From assembly GCA_009838035.1 (NCBI GenBank), contig VXSK01000030.1, positions 8,683 to 72,682 of the forward strand: 64,000 nucleotides of DNA, written 5' to 3'. This document shows positions 1 through 7,777 of the stretch, one piece after another; the stretch's first letter is position 1, and each line of letters starts with the position of its first letter. The position numbers and the translations under genes are program-made. The notes beneath the pieces were generated by a model, which saw only the letters and a list, made by a program, of their open reading frames with translations, searched no databases and was not told where the DNA came from. The stretch comes from Gammaproteobacteria bacterium (GTDB lineage Bacteria; Pseudomonadota; Gammaproteobacteria; Steroidobacterales; Foliamicaceae).

Positions 1-453
1 GGCGTGTTCTTCTTCTATTCGGGTCTCGGCCTGGGACAGACGCATGCCGGACTGATCCTTGCCCACGCGGCGCTGGGCGCGCCGTTCGTGGTGATCACCG
101 TTACCGCCACGCTGGCCGGGTTCGACCGCACGGTCCTGAGGGCGGCCGCCAGTCTCGGCGCCGGTCCCATGCGGCGCTTCTTCCGGATCCAGTTGCCGCT
201 CATCTCCCCGGGCGTCTTCTCCGGAGGCCTGTTCGCGTTCGCCGCATCGTTCGACGAGATCGTCGTCGTGCTTTTCCTTGGCGGACTGGAGCAGCGCACG
301 ATACCGCGCCAGATGTGGGCCGGCATACGCGAGCAGATCAGCCCCGCGATTCTGGCCCTGGCCGTTTTTCTGATCGCCTTCGCCGTCGTGGTCCTGCTGA
401 CGGTGGAATGGTTGCGGAATCGTACCGCTTCCGAGCAAAGATCGGTACATTAG
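1..453 (+). CDS. ABC transporter permease, C-terminal part (5' end lies outside the window)
   Basis: ORF 4..453 is open to the window edge. Hydrophobic multi-TM sequence with the conserved cytoplasmic loop of binding-protein-dependent permeases (AASLGAGPMRRFFRIQLPLISPG), PotB/PotC-like. Confidence 0.8.
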   Translation, partial: GVFFFYSGLGLGQTHAGLILAHAALGAPFVVITVTATLAGFDRTVLRAAASLGAGPMRRFFRIQLPLISPGVFSGGLFAFAASFDEIVVVLFLGGLEQRTIPRQMWAGIREQISPAILALAVFLIAFAVVVLLTVEWLRNRTASEQRSVH

Positions 454-476
454 TGCCTAGTGACCGAAGGCAACAC

Positions 477-1376
477 ATGAGACACATGAGTACGCGGGGC
501 ACGCTTTTGGCCGCCTCGGCCTACCCGATCGTCATGGCTCTGGCATGCGCGTCGTTCGCGGGCTTCTCCCGGCTGGGCCTGATCACCTCGCTGAGCGCAT
601 ACGCAGCCGTGCTGCTTGGAGCGATTCTGATCACCTGGCACGAGCTCAAGCTTCCGTACCGGCGCGACTGGAAGCCGGCCGCGCCGGAGGTAGGCGTTGA
701 CGCCATGTTTCTGGGCGCGGTGCAGATCGGCGTGCCCCTGCTCCTGAGCGTTACGCTGGTGGTGGAGCTGGCGGACTGGTTGCGCGCCCAGGGTCTCGTC
801 GCAGCGGATTTCTGGCCACATCAATGGCCGGTTTGGGCGCAGGCGGCGCTGATGATGCTGACGGCGGATTTCGGGCGCTACTGGCTGCATCGCGCTTTCC
901 ACAAGTTCTCACCGATGTGGCGGCTGCACGCCGTGCATCATTCGCCGCACCGCTTGTACTGGGTCAACGTCGGCCGGTTTCATCCGCTGGAGAAGGCCAT
1001 CCAGTACTGCCTGGACGCACTGCCGTTCGCGCTGGTCGGCGTTTCCGGCGAAGTCCTGGCGGCGTATTTCGTGTTCTACGCCGTCAACGGCTTCTATCAG
1101 CATTCCAACTGCCTGGTGCGGCTGGGTCCATTGAATTACCTGATAGCCGGGCCCGAGCTTCATCGCTGGCATCACTCCGAATTGCCGGAGGAATCCAACA
1201 ACAACTTCGGAAACAACCTCATCGTGTGGGACCTGCTGTTCGGCACCCGGTTCCTGCCCGAGGAACGAGAGGTCGGGCCGCTGGGCCTGGTGAACCGCGC
1301 ATATCCGATGGGGTTCTGGGCGCAGATGCGAACTCCCTTCATGCCGGACATTGAAAGCGCTGCCGGCGACCAGTGA
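477..1376 (+). CDS. fatty acid hydroxylase / sterol desaturase family membrane di-iron enzyme
   Basis: In-frame ATG at 477 within ORF 315..1376; the upstream part overlaps the permease. Three histidine boxes are present: HRAFH, HAVHH, HRWHH. TM helices at the N-terminus. Confidence 0.85.
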   Translation: MRHMSTRGTLLAASAYPIVMALACASFAGFSRLGLITSLSAYAAVLLGAILITWHELKLPYRRDWKPAAPEVGVDAMFLGAVQIGVPLLLSVTLVVELADWLRAQGLVAADFWPHQWPVWAQAALMMLTADFGRYWLHRAFHKFSPMWRLHAVHHSPHRLYWVNVGRFHPLEKAIQYCLDALPFALVGVSGEVLAAYFVFYAVNGFYQHSNCLVRLGPLNYLIAGPELHRWHHSELPEESNNNFGNNLIVWDLLFGTRFLPEEREVGPLGLVNRAYPMGFWAQMRTPFMPDIESAAGDQ

Positions 1377-3034
1377 CCAAAGAACGCCCGCCGCTCAAGT
1401 ACGCAGCGCTGCGCGCCGCCTTGTCGCTCCGGTTCGACGGCCGGTATCAGTCGCTGCTCAATGCCACCGGGAACCCGCGTAAAGCACAAGAGGCGCTGTT
1501 GCGCCGGATCCTGGTCACCAACGCCAACACGCATTTCGGAGCCCGCCACAATTTCAGGCAAATCCGGAACCCGGGGGCGTATCGGCGAGCGGTTCCCGCA
1601 AAGACCTACGAGGATCTGCGCAAGTACGTGGAGGTTCAGGACCGCACGGGAGAGCCGTACCTGACCGCCGACCGGCCGGTCTATTACCATCGCACCAGCG
1701 GCACTCTCGGATCGGCCAAGGACATTCCCGTAACCAGCGCCGGACTCGGGCGGGTCAAGGAGAACCAGCAGCTGTTCGCCTACTCGGTGGCCCGGGGGAC
1801 CCGGGCTTTCGAAGGTCGGGTGCTGGGGATCACGGGGCAGGCGGTGGAGGGACTGATGCCGTCCGGCGTGCCCTATGGCTCGGCTTCGGGCCTCTTGTAC
1901 AAGCGGATGTCGAAAATGGTGCGCAGGAAATACGTATTGCCTCCGGAAGTCGCGGACATTGAGGATTACGATCTGCGCTACTTCGCTACCGCGGCCTTTG
2001 CGCTTGCCGAGCGCAACGTGACCGGCATAGGGACGGCCAATCCCTCTACGCTGGTGCGTATCCTCGACCTGATCCAAAGCGAGCCGGAGGCACTGATCGA
2101 GGCAGTCCACGAGGGCCGACTGCCCGATGGCGCCGACCTGCCCGCCGAAATCACGCTGACTCCCGATCGCGGCAGGGCGCGCGAGCTGGAGGGCCTGCTC
2201 GCGGCCAACGGCGGGCTGGACTACGCGGCAATCTGGCCCAACCTCAAGGGGATCATGACCTGGACCGGCGGCAGTTGCGGTGTTCCCCTTCGCCGGCTGG
2301 CCGGTTCCATTCCGGCCGGGACTTCGATCATCGAACTGGGTTACATCGCCAGCGAATTCCAGGGCACGGTCAATATCGATGCGGCCGAAAATGTCTGTGT
2401 ACCGACCTTGCTGGACAACTTCTTCGAGTTTGTCGAGCGCGAGGCCCGGGAGGCGGGCGGCAGGGACTATCTTCTGCTCGACGAGTTGCAAGAGGGTTGC
2501 GAATACTACGTTTTCGTCACCACCCAGGACGGCCTGTACCGCTACGACATGAACGATATCGTGCAGGTCACGCGAATGATCAACGCAACGCCCTGCCTTG
2601 AGTTCGTGCAAAAAGGCAAAGGGGTGACCAGCATTACGGGCGAGAAACTCTACGAGAAGCAGGTGCTCGATACCGTGATGGCGGCGACGGCCCGTCTGGG
2701 CGTTTCGCCGAAGTTCTTCGTCATGCTGGCCGATCAGGAGGAGGCGGCGTACACGCTCTACCTGGAAGCCTCCAGGCGTGAGCCGTTTGATTCGTCGGGC
2801 CTGGCCAACGCGGTGGACCGCGGATTGCGCGAGGCGAATATCGAATACGACGGCAAGCGCGGCAGCGGCCGGCTGTCCCCGGTCGAAATCAAAAAGCTGC
2901 GCCCGGGAACCGGCGGGGAATTCCGCGCCGACCGGGTAGCCGCCGGACAGCGCGACTCGCAATTCAAGTACCTGCACCTGCAGTACGCGCACGAATGCCC
3001 GTTTGACTTCAGCGCGCACGCGGAACCGGGCTGA
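1373..3034 (+). CDS. GH3 family acyl-acid amido synthetase-like adenylating enzyme
   Basis: 553 aa. The GTG start overlaps the upstream stop (GTGA). The N-terminus matches the GH3 pattern (LLRRILVTNANTHFG..., YEDLRKYVE, YYHRTSGTLGSAKDIPVT). Confidence 0.85.
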   Translation: MTKERPPLKYAALRAALSLRFDGRYQSLLNATGNPRKAQEALLRRILVTNANTHFGARHNFRQIRNPGAYRRAVPAKTYEDLRKYVEVQDRTGEPYLTADRPVYYHRTSGTLGSAKDIPVTSAGLGRVKENQQLFAYSVARGTRAFEGRVLGITGQAVEGLMPSGVPYGSASGLLYKRMSKMVRRKYVLPPEVADIEDYDLRYFATAAFALAERNVTGIGTANPSTLVRILDLIQSEPEALIEAVHEGRLPDGADLPAEITLTPDRGRARELEGLLAANGGLDYAAIWPNLKGIMTWTGGSCGVPLRRLAGSIPAGTSIIELGYIASEFQGTVNIDAAENVCVPTLLDNFFEFVEREAREAGGRDYLLLDELQEGCEYYVFVTTQDGLYRYDMNDIVQVTRMINATPCLEFVQKGKGVTSITGEKLYEKQVLDTVMAATARLGVSPKFFVMLADQEEAAYTLYLEASRREPFDSSGLANAVDRGLREANIEYDGKRGSGRLSPVEIKKLRPGTGGEFRADRVAAGQRDSQFKYLHLQYAHECPFDFSAHAEPG

Positions 3035-3051
3035 AGGCCCGGCGGCCGTCC

Positions 3052-4170
3052 ATGCGTATCGAAAGCGTTGATGTCCGGCGCTTCCCCGTGCCGTTCAGGC
3101 TGGTCTTCCGGCACGCATCGGCAAGCCGCTCGAAAGCCGCCAACGTCATAGTTGCGGCCCGGGGAGCGGAAGGACAAACCGGCTACGGCGAAGGTTGCCC
3201 GCGCGAATACGTGACCGGCGAAACCGTAGAGTCCGCTGCCGCGTTCATCGAGAAGCACAAGCCGTCATTGATTCGGCAAGTTGAGGACCTTGAGGGGCTG
3301 TGCGCATGGATCCGAACACACGGCGATGAAATCGACGCGAACCCCGCCGCCTTCTGCGCGCTGGAGATCGCGGTCCTGGACTTGTTGGGCAAGATTGAGC
3401 AGCAGCCCGTCGAGGGATTGCTCGGCATTTCCCGCTTGAGCGGTACGTTCAGCTACTCGGCTGTCCTAGGCGATGCGTCACTTTCTTCCTTTCAGCAGCA
3501 GGCGGAACAGTACTGGCGAATGGGCTTTCGCGATTTCAAGGTCAAGGTTTCCGGCGACGCGGGGAAGGACCGACGCAAACTGGCGCTGCTGACCTGTCAC
3601 GGCGACCCCGATCTGCGGATTCGGCTTGACGCCAACAACCTGTGGCAGGACGCGGCCGACGCCGTCGGCTACCTGAAGTCCCTGGACGCGCCTGTCTTCG
3701 CCGTCGAAGAGCCGTTGCAGAGCGGAGACCTGGAAGGATTTCGACAGGTGGCCCGGGAATGCGCGGTCAGGATCATTCTGGACGAAAGCCTGGTTCGCGC
3801 CAGGCAGCTGAAGGCGCTGGACGATCCCGAATGCTGGATCGTCAATCTCCGCGTGTCCAAGATGGGCGGAATCACTCGGTCGCTGGAATTGGCGCAAGAG
3901 GCAACGCGGCGGGGGATCGGCCTTATCGTGGGCGCCCAGGTGGGCGAGACCAGCATCTTGACGCGCGCCTCGCTGGCGGTGATGAACGAGTATCGGCAAT
4001 CCCTTGTCGCCGCGGAAGGCGCCTTCGGCACACTTCTGCTGGAGCAGGACCTGACCGAGCCCTGCCTGATGTTCGGCGCCGGCGGAACACTGAACGCGGA
4101 AAACGACCTCGACATCACACGGTCCGGACTCGGGCTACGGATTAACGAAGCTCAACTCACCCCCGTCTGA
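3052..4170 (+). CDS. enolase superfamily enzyme, MLE subgroup (dipeptide epimerase / N-acylamino-acid racemase / OSBS-like)
   Basis: 372 aa. KxK motif (FKVKV), metal ligands in DANNLW, EEPL and LDES, and a second catalytic Lys in VSKMGG. Confidence 0.85.
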   Translation: MRIESVDVRRFPVPFRLVFRHASASRSKAANVIVAARGAEGQTGYGEGCPREYVTGETVESAAAFIEKHKPSLIRQVEDLEGLCAWIRTHGDEIDANPAAFCALEIAVLDLLGKIEQQPVEGLLGISRLSGTFSYSAVLGDASLSSFQQQAEQYWRMGFRDFKVKVSGDAGKDRRKLALLTCHGDPDLRIRLDANNLWQDAADAVGYLKSLDAPVFAVEEPLQSGDLEGFRQVARECAVRIILDESLVRARQLKALDDPECWIVNLRVSKMGGITRSLELAQEATRRGIGLIVGAQVGETSILTRASLAVMNEYRQSLVAAEGAFGTLLLEQDLTEPCLMFGAGGTLNAENDLDITRSGLGLRINEAQLTPV

Positions 4171-5758
4171 TCCTCCCGCGCTTCCTGAGGTCGCGCAGGA
4201 TCTCGCGCGCCGCGTTGCGCCCCGGGATGCCGCTTACGCCGCCGCCCGGATGCGCTCCGGCGCCGCAGTGATAAAGACCGGCGATCGGTCCGCGGTACGC
4301 GGCGTGGCCCATTACCGGGCGGTTGCTCCACAACTGGCCTGGCGTGTGGGCGCCATGAAAGATGTCGCCGCCGGGAAGGCGGAAGCGTTGTTCGAGATCG
4401 GCCGGCGTGAGTATCTGTCGGGCGATCACCGAACGGCTAAAGTTGGGGGCGACGCGGTCCACGGCGGCAAACACGGTATCGGCGGCTTCTTCGCGGCGCT
4501 GCTGCCAGTCCCGATGGCGGGGAAAGTGCTGGCAGAACAGGCTGGCTACATGCCTGCCCTCGGGCGCCAGCGTGCCGTCCACGGTCGATGGGATCAGCAG
4601 TTCGATCACCGGATGCTCGGACCAGTCTCCGCGCCGCGCATCCAGATACGCGTTCTCCATGTAGTCGAGGGTCGGGGCGATGACAATGCCGGCGCCGTGG
4701 TGGTCCTGGATTCCGGCGCCCGGCTTGCAGCTGAACTCGGGCAGTTCCGACAGGGCCACGTTCATGCGCAGCACGGCCGATTCCGTGCGGGTTCGTTCGA
4801 TCCGGCCGCGGAAATCGGCATCGAGTTCGCTGCTGTCGATCAGCTCCAGGTAGAGCAGTTTCGGCGCCAGATTGGCGGCGATCGATTTGGCGCGGCGGAC
4901 AGAGCCATCGGCGAGCACGGCGCCTTGTGCCTGGCCGGCCTCCACTATCACCTCCACGACTTCGGCGCCGGTCTCCACGATGACGCCCAGGTCACGCGCT
5001 TGTGCGAGCATGGCCTTGGTAATAGCGCCCGTTCCGCCGATCGCGTGTCCCCACACGCCCTTGCGGCCTGCGATTTCACCCAATGCATGGTGCAGCAGCC
5101 CGTAGGCGGTTCCCGGCTCGTGCAGCGAGGCGTGGTTGCCCACCACGGCGTCGAAGGCGAAAGCCGCCTGGATGTGCGGGTTCTCGAACCAACTCTGCAA
5201 CAGGTCTGCTATCGGCGTCAGGAAGAGATCCGCCAGTTGCCGCTGCCGGCGCATACTGAGTCGCGTGACGTCGTTGCCCGCCAGGGCGGCGCGGACCCAA
5301 TCGCGGAGGCCGCCGCCCACGTTCGGGGGCGGACGGTGCATCTGCCGGAGAACGATGTTGCCGATGTCCCGGATCATGGCGCGAAAGTCGGAGAGCGCTT
5401 CCGCATCGCGCGGCGAGAAGCGGGCGAATTCCCGCGCCGTTTCCGCGTCATCGTTGTCGATGGACAAGGATTCTCCGTTCGGCAAGGGCAGGAAGTTCGC
5501 CATCGGTCGCGGGACGATCCGCAGACCGTACTCGTGCAGCTTGAGGTCGCGGACAATCTGGGGGTCCAGCAATCCCACGGTGTAGCTCGCGGTCGAATTG
5601 CGGAAACCGGGATGGAATTCCTCGGTGACTGCCGCGCCGCCCACGATGCTCCGGCGCTCGACTATGCGCACGCGCTTTCCGGCGGCAGCCAGGTAGCAGG
5701 CGCAGACGAGACCGTTGTGGCCGCCACCCAGAATGAGAACGTCGTCTTGCGCGTTCAC
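4157..5758 (-). CDS. phytoene-desaturase-family (CrtI-like) NAD(P)/FAD-dependent oxidoreductase
   Basis: 533 aa. N-terminal dinucleotide fold VLILGGGHNGLVCACYLAAAGKRVRIVERRSIVGGAA. The GTG start overlaps the upstream stop (GTGA). The 3' end overlaps the convergent enolase gene by 14 nt. Confidence 0.85.
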   Translation of the reverse strand: MNAQDDVLILGGGHNGLVCACYLAAAGKRVRIVERRSIVGGAAVTEEFHPGFRNSTASYTVGLLDPQIVRDLKLHEYGLRIVPRPMANFLPLPNGESLSIDNDDAETAREFARFSPRDAEALSDFRAMIRDIGNIVLRQMHRPPPNVGGGLRDWVRAALAGNDVTRLSMRRQRQLADLFLTPIADLLQSWFENPHIQAAFAFDAVVGNHASLHEPGTAYGLLHHALGEIAGRKGVWGHAIGGTGAITKAMLAQARDLGVIVETGAEVVEVIVEAGQAQGAVLADGSVRRAKSIAANLAPKLLYLELIDSSELDADFRGRIERTRTESAVLRMNVALSELPEFSCKPGAGIQDHHGAGIVIAPTLDYMENAYLDARRGDWSEHPVIELLIPSTVDGTLAPEGRHVASLFCQHFPRHRDWQQRREEAADTVFAAVDRVAPNFSRSVIARQILTPADLEQRFRLPGGDIFHGAHTPGQLWSNRPVMGHAAYRGPIAGLYHCGAGAHPGGGVSGIPGRNAAREILRDLRKRGRIRRG

Positions 5759-6750
5759 CTGAAGGCGGGAATGACCTCCTCGCCCATTAGGCGAATCGCT
5801 TCTTCCGGATCCGGACCCAGGGGACCGCCCAGGTTCACCTCGTTGACGCCGGCGTCCGCCAGCTCATGGATCTGGTCGATGACTTCCGCAGGCGTTCCGG
5901 CAATACCGAGGCGCAGCATGTCCGGTGTGACACGCGCGCGCGCCGCCTCCATTTGCCCTGCGTCCACCAGCTCCCGCAACGGGGCGAAATCACTGGCTCC
6001 GAACCCGATCGTACGCAGCGCACGGTCCTCGAGATACGGCCCGAAATAAGCGGCCAGGTTCTTCATGACTTCCGAAGCCGCGGCCTTCTCCCTGGAGAGC
6101 GACAGCCAGCCACAGCCGGACACCACGTAGTCGGGCGCCGGATCTGCACGCGCAGCCAGTCCTTCGCGAATCGGCGCGATCATCTGCCTGGCCGACGCTG
6201 GAGGTGTGATCATCGGCAGGCTGCCGTCGCCGATTTCGCCGCTCAGGCGCAGGAAGTCCTCACCGAAGGCGGACAGGTAGATCGGAATGTCGGGGCGTAG
6301 CGGCTTGAACCGCAGATAGCACTCCGGGCCCCACTGAAACACCTCGCCGTCGTATTCCATGACCTCCCCGCGCCACAGGCCGCGGATCAGGTGCACGGCT
6401 TCGCGGTGGCGCTGCAGGTAATCGGTGGCGTCCACGCCGGCCCAGCCGATCATGTCCAGCGTGTGCAGGCCCATGCCGAGAATGAAACGCCCGCCGGAAA
6501 GCTCGTCCAGCGTCGCCGCGTACGTGGCGAGCTCCACGGGATGTGTGGTGTAAGGGTTTGTGCCGACCGATCCGATCCGGATGCGTTCGGTTGCAGCTGC
6601 GACCGCGGAAGTCGTCACCCAGGTGTGGCGCATGAAGGTGTCGTGCGGGAACCAGACGCTGTCGAAACCGGCCTTTTCTCCGGTGACGGCCAGCCGTACC
6701 AGCTCCGGTACCGGACCCAGGTACTCGATCAGTCGCAGGCCGAAACGCAT
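5755..6750 (-). CDS. LLM-class (luciferase-like) flavin/F420-dependent oxidoreductase
   Basis: 331 aa. Typical LLM N-terminus MRFGLRL...AGFDSVWFPHD and GGRFILGMGLH. Confidence 0.85.
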   Translation of the reverse strand: MRFGLRLIEYLGPVPELVRLAVTGEKAGFDSVWFPHDTFMRHTWVTTSAVAAATERIRIGSVGTNPYTTHPVELATYAATLDELSGGRFILGMGLHTLDMIGWAGVDATDYLQRHREAVHLIRGLWRGEVMEYDGEVFQWGPECYLRFKPLRPDIPIYLSAFGEDFLRLSGEIGDGSLPMITPPASARQMIAPIREGLAARADPAPDYVVSGCGWLSLSREKAAASEVMKNLAAYFGPYLEDRALRTIGFGASDFAPLRELVDAGQMEAARARVTPDMLRLGIAGTPAEVIDQIHELADAGVNEVNLGGPLGPDPEEAIRLMGEEVIPAFR

Positions 6751-6799
6751 GGTTCATTCCGGGCACGCGAACGTCGAAAGCTCTGGAGGAGCCGGGCGT

Positions 6800-7666
6800 C
6801 TAGTAATACGCGGCTTCGGATTCGACTTTCGGGGAGTAATCGGCCAATTCCGGCGGGAGCACCGGGTTCAGCTTGGCGTCCCAACTGAACAGGTGTTCGC
6901 CGGGCTGAAAGTCGGTTGACAGCGGTCCTCCCTGGGTGCGGAAGAACAGCAGGTTGCCGGTCTTGGAGCCGAACGGGCCGTGAGGCATGCCGGGCGGCCT
7001 CCAGAAATACGCGCCCGGTTTCATCAGGCCGGTATCGCCGGTCAGGTCGCCCGTGATCAGATACATCTCCTCCACCACGGGGTGAATCTCGATCACGTCA
7101 TTGCGCCACAGCGGGGGCGCCGAAAGCACCCACGTCTGGTCATGGGTATGCGGATCTTCGCGGCAGATGATGCGGGAAAACTTGCGGAACCCGTCGAGCA
7201 TCCCGTCGCCCTCGTCCACGTCAACGCCGAGCTCGCGCAGACTGGTGTCCAGCTTCGTGCCGAGCACGTCCACCTTCTCCACGAAACGCTCGTCGTCGTC
7301 GTCCGGCCCTTCGCCGGCCGAAGTCTCCGGCACGCCGGACACGAAAGTGAGAGCTACGGCGCCATTCCTGCTCGATGCGCTGTGCCGGGTGTGACCGGCC
7401 GGGATGTGGCCATAACAGAGTTCGCCGTACTCGACGCCGTTGATTTCGAGGTCCCCGTCCAGCACCAGCAACTCTTCATCGGTGCTTACGTGCTCGGTAG
7501 ATGTGCGCGACCAGCCTGCCGGGTAACGCACCATCGTGCTGGCCGCGCCGGTCTCGTCGTCCTCGCTCAGGATCTTTACTTCCGCTCCGTCAAACCGGCC
7601 GCTCCATAGGTCGTCGCGCCAGGGCACGGCCTGCGACTGGATAAATTCGATGTGGGGCCTTGCCAT
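6800..7666 (-). CDS. cupin-fold protein (two cupin-like halves), function unknown
   Basis: Internal ATG at 7666, preceded by GGGAGGA. The ORF track extends to 7726. Beta-rich sequence with cupin-like G-x5-H/P-x-G segments (RYPAGW..., WRPPGMPHGPF). Confidence 0.6.
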   Translation of the reverse strand: MARPHIEFIQSQAVPWRDDLWSGRFDGAEVKILSEDDETGAASTMVRYPAGWSRTSTEHVSTDEELLVLDGDLEINGVEYGELCYGHIPAGHTRHSASSRNGAVALTFVSGVPETSAGEGPDDDDERFVEKVDVLGTKLDTSLRELGVDVDEGDGMLDGFRKFSRIICREDPHTHDQTWVLSAPPLWRNDVIEIHPVVEEMYLITGDLTGDTGLMKPGAYFWRPPGMPHGPFGSKTGNLLFFRTQGGPLSTDFQPGEHLFSWDAKLNPVLPPELADYSPKVESEAAYY

Positions 7667-7714
7667 TGCGTCCTCCCGAAACTTCAGGAAAGCAAGAATG
7701 CCACAGATTTGCCC

Positions 7715-7734
7715 GCCGGGCAGCAATGCCCGGC
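7715..7734 (-). terminator. GC hairpin (8-bp stem, GCAA/TTGC loop) between the redoxin gene and the cupin gene
   Basis: gccgggca-gcaa-tgcccggc is perfectly self-complementary. No clear U-tract, so it may be only a stabiliser or a weak terminator. Confidence 0.3.
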
Positions 7735-7777
7735 GCCGCCGGATGATTGATCAGGAACCTGTTTCCAGGCTGGAGGA

